From IMG/VR virus record IMGVR_UViG_3300032770_000023, positions 1 through 62,335 of that record: DNA of 62,335 bases. One strand, written 5' to 3'. Below the pieces are notes generated by a model. It saw only the letters and a list, made by a program, of their open reading frames with translations, was not told the DNA's origin and ran no database searches. Shown piece after piece: positions 48,273-59,371 of this stretch (positions are counted from its first letter, which is position 1; every line of letters begins with the position of its first letter). The position numbers and the translations under genes are program-made. Origin of the DNA: a virus (lineage: Duplodnaviria; Caudoviricetes).

Positions 48273-48778
48273 TCGAACCTCGCAAATTCTCCGAAGTACT
48301 TTACAGCGGCATCGCAGTAGGCTTTATGAGCAGCTTCAGGAGTGAGGAATGTTCCGAGATTTATCTTTTTGCCGTTCGCGTAGATTCGCGCTCGATACTT
48401 CTTGCGATTAACATGCACGCCTTTGGGAAGCGAACGATGAGACAGTTTCTTTCTGTTTTGCTGATTCCCGCCTCCCGGCGCTAATCGAATATTTGAACGG
48501 CGATTGTTCAGCGAGTCGCCGTCTTTATGGTCAACATTTACGGATTTGTCGGCTCCGAGCAAATAGCGATGCATAGCGATGTTCGTTCCAGTTCCATCGT
48601 ATTTGCGAATCTTATGGTAGGCGTAGAATTTGCCGTTCTGCCACTTTGAAGCGCACCAATTGAATCTGCCGACTTGAAGCAAATCAGCGGCGTCGATAAT
48701 CGTCTCTTGTCCTTGCGTGAGAGGAATAGCGACGGTGTTTTCGTCGATCCATCGAATCGGTTTGAGATGTTTAGGCAT
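48269..48778 (-). CDS. HNH-AP2 homing endonuclease
   Basis: VDHKDGDSLNNRRSNIR plus AP2 motif LGTF.TPEAAHKAY..AA..YFGEFA. Confidence 0.88.
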   Translation of the reverse strand: MPKHLKPIRWIDENTVAIPLTQGQETIIDAADLLQVGRFNWCASKWQNGKFYAYHKIRKYDGTGTNIAMHRYLLGADKSVNVDHKDGDSLNNRRSNIRLAPGGGNQQNRKKLSHRSLPKGVHVNRKKYRARIYANGKKINLGTFLTPEAAHKAYCDAAVKYFGEFARFE

Positions 48779-48786
48779 TTTTCTAT

Positions 48787-49640
48787 TCAGCAGAAATTCT
48801 TCTCACTCAGAGCCAACCAGACAGCCATCCACTTCGATCCTGAACGAGTATCAGGAGCCAGAAAAGCGTTCAACTCAGCCATGTCCCGCGCTTGCCAGAT
48901 GCTGTCGTGACACTCGTCAAGCAGTACTAGCGCGTGAGCTTCGGGAGAGGCGAAGTAGGTTGTCTCGTCGTGAATCATTCTCGCCCCGATAGATTTCTAA
49001 TTTGACGTTCTTGCTCGGCGAGCTTTTTCTCTAGATGCTGAACTACTCGACAGACGTTCTGTATCGCGCAGCGCAATTCTTGCTCGCTCGCTGACTCATG
49101 CTCTAAGTAGTTATCGACGGCTTCCAGATTGCCGTACAGCAAATCGCCTAGTTTGCTCATATCTTCCTCCGTCTATCTACGCTGCGAAGTACAGATTCCC
49201 CGACTTGCGCAGCATCTTCGCACTCACTAATCCGTTCATCAGCCTCTCGAACTGCTCCAGCGTGAATCCGTGAGTCATCATCGCCGCATACAACGTTCCC
49301 GCTGGCGCTCCGAGTGGCCCTGCCAGTTTTACCGACTCGATCACCGCATCGCAGATCGCTTTCAAGGCTTTCAGTTGAGTAGATGTCATAATCCACCGTC
49401 CGCATCTGAAGTGACCGTGAAACCGTCAAACGCTCCACCGAAGTCACACGACTCGGGAAGTCTTCGAGCCATCCGAGCGCTCGCAATCTCTGGCGTCGAT
49501 TCGATTACCTGAATGATCTTCGTGTCTGTCTCGGAATCGGTAAGAGCGATCTCTCGCGCTTCTTTCTCAGTTTCTGCCCAAACATCAGTGTCGTTCAAGA
49601 AACCATCAGAGTATTCCGTAACGACTGTGAATCTTTTCAT
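48787..49640 (-). other. Four small early genes (49386-49640, 49177-49389, 48975-49160, 48787-48978)
   Basis: Coupled ORFs with SD sequences downstream of an AT-rich promoter region. Confidence 0.55.
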
Positions 49641-49674
49641 CGCTGAACCTCGCTCTGAATTTGACTACGCGGAT

Positions 49675-49720
49675 CACTATATAGAAGTTCTATAGCGTTT
49701 GTCTAGTACTAATTTAGTAC
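49675..49720 (-). promoter_or_regulatory. Leftward promoter region with two palindromes
   Basis: TAGACA...TATAGT on the minus strand; palindromes TATAGAAGTTCTATA (49680-49694) and GTACTAATTTAGTAC (49706-49720). Confidence 0.55.
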
Positions 49721-49743
49721 AATCGTGCATCGCGCAAAGTTTA

Positions 49744-50277
49744 CTAAAACGGTATATCCTCATCGCTGATCGGATTGAACGAAAGAGCGGTTCCCGGAGG
49801 TAGATCGGGTTTCTTTTCCTTACGCTTGATCTCTGCGAGTCCCGCGACGGTATTCGGATAGTGAGGTGCTTGCTTAAACTGATCGAGAGTGATCCACTCG
49901 TCGAACACTTGCCACGGCGCTCTCTTTTCCTTCTGTCGCCAACTCTGAATGAGGATTCTTCCTCCAGAAAGCAGGACGAGTTTCGCCTCCATGCTTGCTA
50001 GAATCTTATTTCTACGAGCCGCGTGGTTGCTTCGCGATGTAGTCTGCACGAAGATGAAATCAGCGTTTTCCTGAGAACCGTCGCTAGGCTTACAGGCGAG
50101 CACATCGAAACAATTCCATAGATCGACACTGATCTCAATCATCGGACGATGACCGCAAACCCTGCATTCTTGCTTCTTACGGTCCGGGAACTTCTTTTTT
50201 CCTTCCACAGTCGCGACGAGATAGCCGCGCTGTTGGAGATATTGGCGAGTTCTGATCTGAGGAGATACGCCGCTCAT
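49744..50277 (-). CDS. PD-(D/E)XK-type nuclease, possible Holliday junction resolvase
   Basis: YLQQRGYLV..VE, DLW..FDVLA and FVQTTS motifs. Confidence 0.6.
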   Translation of the reverse strand: MSGVSPQIRTRQYLQQRGYLVATVEGKKKFPDRKKQECRVCGHRPMIEISVDLWNCFDVLACKPSDGSQENADFIFVQTTSRSNHAARRNKILASMEAKLVLLSGGRILIQSWRQKEKRAPWQVFDEWITLDQFKQAPHYPNTVAGLAEIKRKEKKPDLPPGTALSFNPISDEDIPF

Positions 50278-50435
50278 TTTCGTTTCCTCGCGGGAATAGA
50301 GACTCCGCGTTTGTCGGCGAGTTCCTGTAGCGCTGTGCGAACTACCTGAGCCTCTGAAGCTGCGTGCATGTCGTCTTCGAGAGCTTCGAGAAGATCGCAG
50401 AAATAGTCATCGAGATTAAAGGTTTTCATGCTCAT
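50274..50435 (-). CDS. Ribbon-helix-helix (CopG/Arc-like) regulator, 53 aa
   Basis: Manual translation MSMKTFNLDDYFCDLLEALEDDMHAASEAQVVRTALQELADKRG...; beta-alpha-alpha pattern; sits at the strand switch. Confidence 0.6.
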   Translation of the reverse strand: MSMKTFNLDDYFCDLLEALEDDMHAASEAQVVRTALQELADKRGVSIPARKRK

Positions 50436-50442
50436 GCGGAAG

Positions 50443-50509
50443 AGCATAGCACTATCGTAATAGAAAGTCTATAAAAACTCTTTACAGCGTCTAGTTCTTG
50501 TGCTTTAAT
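50443..50509. promoter_or_regulatory. Divergent promoter pair
   Basis: Minus: TAGACT-N17-TATGCT (50471-50443). Plus: TTTACA-N17-TTTAAT (50481-50509). Confidence 0.6.
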
Positions 50510-50526
50510 GCTCTCGTACTCAAGAA

Positions 50527-53500
50527 ATGAGGCCGAAAATGCTCGAACTTCACTCTGATCCGCTCTATATAGTAGTCAAGAGAGTCATGGACAACGCGAG
50601 ACTCTGTCGGCACTGCTACAAACCTTACGACGAGCACACGGCAGCGCTCTCGATGTGTCCTTGGCCGAATCGCAGACAGAATCATTTCTCTCCGATCTCT
50701 TGTCAGCACATTTCCTTGAGTCGTGGAGCGCACACCGAGCAGGACGAGTGCAACGCGATGTGCGGCAGAGAAGTCGTTGTCGGGACTGAGTACTGCTCGA
50801 AGCACATCGTCGGATAAAGTTTCTACTTGAGTAGAAAAATCTAGGAGGTGGCCAGTGAGTGAGACTGAGAGGCAGACTAAATATACGATCTGGATCGGCG
50901 TGATGTGGTGGCCCGTAATCGCCGGATTGTTGTTACTCGTTTTCTTGATTGGGAGATCATGTCGATGACTGAGAGGACAGCCCTTATTTGCTACAGAGTT
51001 TTGCTGTTGGTCAATTCAGTGGGATGGGTCCCTACCCCCAAGCGTAGGAGAAGGTGGTGAGAGATGGTAAAACGAGGCGATCAAGTTGGAGAAGCACCGC
51101 AGATAACCAAGGCACAGGAAGATGCTCTTGGGCAAGACATTGACACTCTAGATAATCTGGCGCACGCATTACTCCTCAGGATGCCCGCAGATTTCCACGT
51201 GAAGCAACTTAAGCAGGCGCTGCCAGAACTCGTGGAGCGATTCAAGAACCACTTTGCCGATGCGTTCGGTTGGGACCCATGGGAAGGACACCCTGACCAC
51301 AAGCGCAAAGTCGGTGGGTAGGGACCCATCCCATCGGGACTAAGTTCGGAGACGTGCTTTGTAGCGAAGAAAGGAATTTTATGACTGAGAGGACAGCGCC
51401 CAATATCGTCTGGGTAGTAGAAATGTGGAGCGAGATCAACAGGAAGTTCGAGCCTACTGTTGGTGTCCGGCTTACAAGGGATGAGGGCCGGATAGAACTA
51501 AGGGCATGGAGTGTGCGCAATTCATCAGAACGATTCAGGTTGAAGAAGTATGGAGCAATTTCATGACTGAGAGGACAGCACCAACGCGGACGCTGCAACT
51601 GTTGGAGCGATGCCGAAACTTGCTTATCAATGCGGACGATTATCTGCACCTTACATACCGCATCGACTCTGACGACAAAAGGCGTGAGATAGGTAGCGGA
51701 ATCATCATGGCAATGCGGCAATTGCGGAAGGATATTGAGGCGGTGCTCCCAGCGACGGACGCGGACTATGACTGGCTGCACGAATCCGATCCCCTTCTGG
51801 CGGAATTGAAGTACATCGCAGACAGCCCATTACCGGAGCATGGCGGATTTCATCCCAGAGTAGTCGCAGCGGCAAAGGGAGCGGTTGAGAGATTAACCAG
51901 AGCGACGGACGCGGGCACGGAGCCGCGGCACTTGGTTCACGAAGCGCGGCAGATGATTCTAAAGCGATGGGCTAAGTATTCTGACCCGAAGAATTTGGAA
52001 TGGAATTTTGATGAGGTTGACAAGTGGGAGCGCCATGCCATTAATGCTGTCCTCGATCTGGAAATGGCAGAGATAAGCGGGTGCGTTAGGACTCCCGCTC
52101 CGCCGACCGGCGAGAGATCGAAGGGAGAATCGAATGGCTAACTCAGAATGGAATCGGGCAGCGCGGAAGTCCGGCGGAAATCGGCCAGCGCGGTTCAATA
52201 TGCCGAATCTCTCGAAGGCCGATCTGGAGATTCTTCAACAAGAGGCGCTGATCCGCAAGGAATTCGGCGAGGAAGGTGTGAGGAAATTCTGGGAGATGTT
52301 GCCTGCGGAAGATGATGCCGAGAGATCGAAGGAGACGCAAAAATGAATGCACAGGAACTGCTGCTGCACATCAAGGAATTAGGCCGCGTAACGATGGCTA
52401 CCGAATCGGGCCGAGAAATGATCTTGGCAGCGATTGATGAAGTTCTCGGGGCTTCGTCCCTGCCGCAAGCAACGCCACAGGACACGACGATTGAAGAAAA
52501 TTTGGCCGATTATGCTAGGCGCGGGTTTGAAGCATTCCAGATGTACCGCACCGCTTGGCTGCGAGAGATGGGTGGAGTAATCGTCCCGAAGCATTGGGAA
52601 ATCGACGGATTCGTGTTGAGAGCGCGGGATATATACGAAAAGGCGCAGTTGGTGGATCGCATCAAGAAAATCTTGGTCGATGAATCTAAGAAAAAATCGG
52701 ACGGACTTCACATGTTCGACGCCGTGTTCAAATTTCTAGCCCAAGATGGCAAAGATAAAGTTCCAACGAATTGAGGCCGCGCCCAAAGAAGCCTAGCCCA
52801 CCATGTCAGAAAATTGCCGCTGCGTTATCTGCGACGAATGCATGGGTAGCGGATTCCATCGCGTTGATGATTGGAGTCAGCCAGAAGGGTATGACCTTGA
52901 AACGTGCGATACATGTCGGGGGAGCGGTTTTAGTGAGATTTGCGAGGAATGTTATGACGCGGACAAATACGAGGGAGGAGCCTAGCCCATGCCCGAACGG
53001 AGGAAACAATGAAACATACACCCGGTCCTTGGGAGTTTGAGAAGCGTGATTGTCTCTCAATGGGATCAGTTCACTATGCCGTCAAGACTTCGCACAAGGT
53101 TCCTGAAACGCCGTGGTCTCCGCGATTCATCGTGTGGGCGTGCGGCAGCTTGGGCGAAACGATGCACAATCGAAAGCCTGACGATTACCGCGACGATCCA
53201 GCAATTGAAGCCGACGTGCGCCTGATTTCCGCCGCGCCGGATTTGCTCGAAGCACTTCATCGGATGCTTGTAAGTTTCTCCGGGAAAGATGAGGAGCTAT
53301 GCATGGAATGCGGCGAGAAGGCCGGCACTGGCGAGACCTGCGATACGTGCTATGTCATCGGCAAAGCAATGCAGGCGATTGAAAAGGCGACCGGAGAAAT
53401 GCTATGAAATTCTGCCTCATCTTCTTGCTTCTCTCCACCTCCTGCGCTATCAAGAGGCCCGTACAGGCACAACTGAAAATCGATCCTGCGAGATATTCAC

Positions 53501-56500
53501 TGGAAGACAACGGATTCGCTGAGGGAGTTCCTTGCGATACTCCACTTTCGGCGGAAGAGAAAGCGGCTGGCTTGTCATGTATGAAGAAAACGCAGTCTTG
53601 GACGATTCGCTGCGACGATCCTCGCACGATTGACATTCTGCCAAGAGTAAATAACCCATTGTTTTACGACTTCGGCGAAGCCCAGGAACGCGGAGAGAAG
53701 TTTTGGTGCGTGATTCCCGTTGAGAAGAAGCATAGGAATCCGCTATTGGCGATGTATTGTGACCTACGCTCTGCGGACGGCAAGCACTGCTTAGTATGGG
53801 CGAAACATCCACAAGCCTGTGTCAATGGTCCGCAGACAGGCGATTGCACAGCAGCAACGAAATAAGGGCGGGGGGTTGAGGGAGGAGGGGACAATGGCGA
53901 CGGAAAAGGCTGTCGAGTTCGATGGAATGCGCTGGCCCTTACCTGACAGCGATTTGGCGTGGAAGGCGCGATACGGCAAACCGACGCAGACTGAAATGTA
54001 CTGGATCGCCTCACGGTTGGAAGCCTATGCCCACCTAATTGAACACACGCAGAAGCGCAGGAATTATATCTGCAAACGATTGAAGGGACGCGGGGAGGCT
54101 GGAGGATTGCCATGAACTACGTTCACATTTACAGATCTAGACCGTGGCAGCCGATGACTCGGCATTGGCATCCCTATCTGGAGAAGTGGATCAACACACC
54201 GCCGCGAAAGAAGTATCGGTGCCATGAATGCGGCGATGAACGGCAAGCGAGATCGTTGGAAATCAGCATAGATTACGACCGACTCAGGATTCGCTGTAAG
54301 GGCGGGAAGCATCCGGGTTGGGTATAGGCAGGGAGAGGCCATGAACGAACGCGAGAAATGCCCGACATGCGGCACAAGTTATAAGCACTATTTTGACTAC
54401 GGTAAGGGATGCTCTGCAATAGGGAAGCACGATCCTTGGCATGATGCTCCTCAGCCCGCAGCGCCGACGCCGACAATTAATACGCCGATTGTTGTAATGA
54501 AATCTGTAACGCCGAACGATAGCAAGCCGCCATTGCATTATCACGTCGAGCCGCCTCTAGAGCCGGGTGAATTCTTCATGACTCGCGGCGATGGCGTACA
54601 GGAACGATGCCGATATGTGGGCCAATCCGTAACGATTCCGTGGTCCGTAGCCAGCTCCGAACCACCAGAAAAGCGCGATCCAGCCGTCGAAAGCGCAGAC
54701 GAACTTGCGAAAGCGGCATTCGCTCTTGGGAAACTAAGAGGCAAGTATGAGGCCAGTGAGGAGCTGGGGCGGGATGTGATTGATAGAGATGATGCACTAC
54801 TTATTGCCGACGAATGTCCAGCCGAGGACTGCCGCTGCTACGAGCGTATTAAAACGTTCAAGGCAGTGCGTGGCGAGGGGCCGGGGGACGAACGAGCGGC
54901 GCTACTGAAAACTATCGTTAGTCAAGCTCGGGAGATTGCCATTCTAAGATCAGAGTTGGAGAGTGAGCAGGAGCACATTTCTAGACTATGTGCAGAATTG
55001 CGTGATGCTGAGGCGCGTGCGAAGACATGATTAAAGTTTATAAGGATAAAGCTGTCCATCGCATGAAGCGTTATCGAGGACTCGCGGATACCTACTGCGA
55101 ATGTGGATATTTTCTGTGCGTAATGGCCGAGGGAGCATCGTACACGGGATTTATCGACTGCCCGAAGTGTTTACATCGCTACGAATTCGTAGATTCTTGC
55201 AGGCCAGTGGGTACTCCGGGAGCGGGGAAGTAAGCCTTATTTGCTACGAAGGAGAAAAAAATGGAAAATTCACAGCGTTGGGTAGTAATTGTCGTGCTTT
55301 CATTTGTAGCGATTGGAGTGGGATGCGTTGTTTGGTTCGGATTCTTCTCGAATGTTCACTTTTTCAACCGCGAAATTTCGCAAGAGCAACGGGCGAATGA
55401 GGCAGTCGGCGCGAAAGTTCTACCGAAAGCTCCGTTGCAGATCGTCATTAAGAACAAGCCGAACGAGTGTAGGGTAATTGATAGCGCACGACTAGATGGC
55501 TCTGATTTGTGGGTGTACTACCACAATGCCTGCAACAGAACGACTACTGACGACACTATCCACTGGAACGGAATCGCGCCTGACGGCACCGTGATCGTCA
55601 GTGGATGGACTTACACGCGCAGCGATCTTGAGTCGGGACAAAAGGCCGAATTCCATGCGGACGACCTAAAGGACGACCCGCGCATGGTGACATTAGAAGT
55701 AAAAGCTAGATGGAATGACAATCCCTAAGTTGGGGGAGCGGGAAGCGAGGGAACGAAATGAGCTGGTTTAGAAGATTTTTCTGTGATCATGATTATCGTT
55801 TCGTGCGAAACATCTACGGCGACGAGATTATTACATGTGGGTATAAGCGCAGCCTGTGGCAATGCTCCAGATGCGAAAAGCTGAAATTCCGAGAGAAATT
55901 AGTCCAATAGGGTGAATGGAATGAAATGTCCAGAGTGTGAAATTGAAGATGGTCATCTAGGAGACTGCTTTGTCCCGATACGCAATCTCCTGACGAACGT
56001 AGCCCAAATACTCGATACCGTAAAACAGGAGTGGGGCGCATCGTGGAGCACTTGGGATCAGGAGCAGCGAGACGCTATCACCGAATTTTTTCGCAAGCGG
56101 TCGGGCGATTAAAGGGAGACGTGGACACCATCATGGGATTTTTCGGGATTGTAGTCATGCTCACAATACTGACTATAGCTGTGGCGCTGGCGGCTGTGGA
56201 TATCACTAGGGCGCTGCATGAGATTCGAGAGGAGTTGCGGCGGCTGACGGGCGGGGAGGGGCGGAAATGACGCTGGCTCATGTTGCTTGGATGCTTTGGG
56301 CGGAAGACAATGCTATCGGATGGATTTGTACGCCTGAGCAGATTCGCAAACTTTACAAATTGTGGATGGAGGAGCCAACCCGATGACCTCTTTAGCTTTG
56401 GCACTGGTACTGGCAGCGGTAGGGCAGCAAGCGCACATTCTCTATTGTCGCGGAGATTCCGCAGTGATGACGCCCTGCTACGATCCGCCTGTTACGGGCG

Positions 56501-56905
56501 AGTTTCGCTATCGGGGATATATGTGGGACGGCCACGTCTGGCGAGACACTCAGACATGGCAGCCGCTTGACGATCCTGAGCCGCATCTCGGTTCGCGCAC
56601 TCCGGTCACGCTGGAGCCAAGCGGAGCCTATGCCTTAAGAAATGCGAACGTAGCAATCAGGGTAGATAGTTCTGGCGAAGAGCCAATGGACGTGCCAGCG
56701 ATCAAGCACACGAAGAAATGCGGTGACTTGGGCTGCGTCTTGAATGCACCCTGCGTTATAGTTGGAGGTCGCATCGGTGGCCCCCCCTCCCACAAATGAA
56801 GCAGAGTGCAAATTCGGCCCGAGCGTTACATAGACCTGTACCGATCCCAAGCGCATCCTTCTGGTCTCAGTAGACGGGAAAGAGCACCACTGCGTAAAGT
56901 TCTGA
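50527..56905 (+). other. Rightward block of ~20 small accessory/early genes
   Basis: Chained ORFs, e.g. 50527-50817, 51064-51321, 51563-52141, 52343-52774, 53009-53407 (HTPGPW...LISAAPDLLEAL), 53404-53865 (lipobox-like TSC), 54341-55030, 55261-55728. Confidence 0.6.
51020..51333. repeat. Perfect 18-bp inverted repeat flanking an 85-aa ORF
   Basis: TGGGATGGGTCCCTACCC at 51020-51037 and its reverse complement at 51316-51333. Confidence 0.85.
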
Positions 56906-56908
56906 CTG

Positions 56909-56939
56909 AAAAAGGCTCCCGAGTAACCAAGAGCCTTCT
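56909..56939. terminator. Possible bidirectional terminator between convergent blocks
   Basis: AAAAGGCTC...GAGCCTTCT stem at the strand convergence. Confidence 0.45.
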
Positions 56940-57215
56940 CTAAACCTGCTGCCAGCGCTTACCGCATCGATTCCTAGCGATGTTTCAGCTTAAACCGTAG
57001 GCGACGAAGAAAGTCGATAGAAACCGCTCCGTCTGCGTTTGGCGATTACTTCGAAGCAGCGATCACGGCCTGATACTTAGCATCGGCATCGGCCAGAATT
57101 GTGTCCGCCGTTTTCGTGCTGTTTCCGCTGATGAGGTTCTTCAATTCGACGACGCTCTCTGCTACGAGCGCTGCTAGACTCTCGATGTAGGTGATCAACT
57201 GAACCGTTGATTGAT

Positions 57216-57692
57216 CTAATGGCATGTTGATTTCTCCATGTATTTCTTGATTTGTTCGAAATGTTTTTCCATCCACCCTAACTTTAGATTGCAGGATGAA
57301 CAGAGCAGTCCGCGAATTTCACCCGTAGCGTGATCGTGGTCGATTATCAGCCTACCAGCCCATCTTCCTTCATTCACGCCGCCGCAAATTTTGCAGACTC
57401 CGTTTTGGCTAGCAAACATTACCTCGTAATCTTGATGCGTAATCCCGAATTTACGCATCAGATGAGAGTTTCTAGCCATAGCTGCCCTTATTACCGGATC
57501 GGTATTCTTGTAGTAAACCTTAGCTTTTTCTTTAAGTCGATCTCTGTGGCGCAAATAGTACTGTTTTCTGACTTCCGTAAAACGTTCCTTTCTACCGCTC
57601 CACCATTGCGCCTTGTAACAATAATCACAGAGACCCTTGGCTGAGTGTTTCCTCTCCGGATGACAAGTCGGCTTCCGTGCAAGTCTGGGCAT
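57216..57692 (-). CDS. Endonuclease VII-family endonuclease
   Basis: KFGIT..DY, CKICG and DHDHATGEIRGLLCSSCN motifs. Confidence 0.85.
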   Translation of the reverse strand: MPRLARKPTCHPERKHSAKGLCDYCYKAQWWSGRKERFTEVRKQYYLRHRDRLKEKAKVYYKNTDPVIRAAMARNSHLMRKFGITHQDYEVMFASQNGVCKICGGVNEGRWAGRLIIDHDHATGEIRGLLCSSCNLKLGWMEKHFEQIKKYMEKSTCH

Positions 57693-57695
57693 GCT

Positions 57696-58130
57696 CTACT
57701 TTCCTACCGTAGCAGCGATGATCGCAACTGACGATTCCGCTCCGGTGATGATGGTTGACAGCGTGAGTTTCAGAGTGGAATTCGAGATTCCCGCGAGTCC
57801 CTGAGACTGTAGCGCGTTGAAAGCATCGAGAAAAGAGTTCACTTGAGACGACAGATCGCTCGCTTTCTCGTTCGCTCGGATGCCCTGATCGATGATCAAG
57901 CCAGCCTGAGCGACTTTCGAGATGTACGAATTGAACGTCGATGCTTCCGAAGCAGTGATCGTTCCTGCTTGAACTCCCTGCTGAACTGCTGTCTGAGCAT
58001 CTGCCAATGCGTGAGAAATAGCATCTGACGCAGTAGCGAGATTCTGCGTCGTTTGGGACTTGTTACAAGTGAATCCACACAAGAGCAGCGCTGCGACGAG
58101 TACCGCTCCTGTTGAACGTGATCGATTCAT
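57696..58130 (-). CDS. Secreted/lipoprotein in the lysis module (spanin-like position)
   Basis: Signal-like AVLVAALLLCGFTC followed by a helical body; follows the endolysin. Confidence 0.5.
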   Translation of the reverse strand: MNRSRSTGAVLVAALLLCGFTCNKSQTTQNLATASDAISHALADAQTAVQQGVQAGTITASEASTFNSYISKVAQAGLIIDQGIRANEKASDLSSQVNSFLDAFNALQSQGLAGISNSTLKLTLSTIITGAESSVAIIAATVGK

Positions 58131-58167
58131 ATGCCTCCTTAGATTTTTCTACTCGGTAGAAACTTTT

Positions 58168-58521
58168 TCAGGGATAGACAGTCCCCTTCTTGACCTGGAA
58201 GTGAAAATGTTCACTCTCAGTGCCTGCCGCTTCGATGAATCCGTAAAACCTCTCGAATCCGAGCTTGTGCATCACTTGATCGAGCACCATCTGTTTCAAG
58301 TCTTGATTCAAATCGCGAGATCGCACGTCGTAGGCTTCGCCTCTGTGATGAGGATCAGTCATTCCTGAATGCATTCCGTCTGATCCCGAAGTAATCGTCA
58401 AATCGATCTGTAGCGCAGCAGCGACTTGATCGATTGCCGAGAGAATCCTGAATCCTCCCGGAGCAATCACAGAAAACTCCACGCCTTCTTTTGTTCTGAC
58501 GACGCTCATCCCCAAATTCAT
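58168..58521 (-). CDS. Endolysin, peptidase M15-like Zn peptidase
   Basis: ITSG, H-x6-D (HHRGEAYD) and HFH motifs. Confidence 0.7.
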   Translation of the reverse strand: MNLGMSVVRTKEGVEFSVIAPGGFRILSAIDQVAAALQIDLTITSGSDGMHSGMTDPHHRGEAYDVRSRDLNQDLKQMVLDQVMHKLGFERFYGFIEAAGTESEHFHFQVKKGTVYP

Positions 58522-58576
58522 GAATACTCAACCTTTGTCCGGCGGATTGGGCGGTTTATCGTCCTTCAACGGCTTT

Positions 58577-59294
58577 TTAGCGCTTTTCTTTTTGCTTGCC
58601 ATAGATAGGTTCTCCTTCTGGTGTCCGCTTCAGCCTGTATCCCGGCGAAGTCTTAGCCACGCTGACGCATCCAAACTTGTGTTCGACGTTCAAGATCGAG
58701 AGATTCTGTCCGGGAGAAAATTCCGGTTCGAAGTCGGTGCAAAAATGTAGGAACAATTTCGGCAGAGGTTTTCCGTATGCGTCGTGCGCTTCCAGCCAAT
58801 AGTTGTAAGCTCCATCAGGATTCGATTCGACGTAAACGTCATAATACGTATCGATGACGTTCGCATGAACTTGAGCTGAGCGCGTTCCGTAACCCATGAA
58901 GATGCCCATTCCAATGACAGCTAGTATTAATATTCCAGCGAGTCGCGTCGTTCCGTTGTCTGTATTTCGAAAGATAGAGCGCAGCAACATCACAGTCCGG
59001 ACGAAAATAGAATCAGCGCCTTCCGCGAGGTTCGTAACCATCTTTCCCGCGGAGATAACCTTCAACATCGGAGATTCTTTCTCCGTGCTCTCCGATCCGC
59101 TCGTCGTGCGCGGAGAATCCGACTTCGAGAGCATCGATTTTAGAAAGGAACGTCTTTCTGATGAGTTCTTTATCCTTGTCGCGACGGCCAGCAAGGTAAA
59201 GAAGAAAGCTCCCAAGCAAGGAAGCGCAACCAGCAAGCGCTCCCAGTGCGAGCCAGTTGATGTCAGCCAGAAGCAAAGCATCGCGCACATTCAC
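58577..59294 (-). CDS. Two membrane-anchored lysis-module proteins (59013-59294 and the 3' part of 58577-59290)
   Basis: Each has one hydrophobic segment; the start of the second is uncertain. Confidence 0.45.
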
Positions 59295-59371
59295 TGCCCC
59301 CCTTACTATCTCCGTCCATTTTCCACTGCATCGTCTCTCCGCCAGAGACGATTTTCTTTCTTGTCAGCAAA

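Larger units (their letters stand above)
14018..58162. repeat. Dispersed palindrome TTTCTAC-N3/4-GTAGAAA, 10 copies
   Basis: 14018-14035, 20236-20251, 30990-31007, 35148-35165, 39735-39751, 43685-43701, 44961-44977, 48780-48796, 50820-50837, 58146-58162. Confidence 0.85.

Noticed and set aside
14018-58162. Dispersed TCTAC/GTAGA hairpins as a CRISPR array
   Set aside because: Copies are kilobases apart with no regular spacers, and no cas gene is recognisable.
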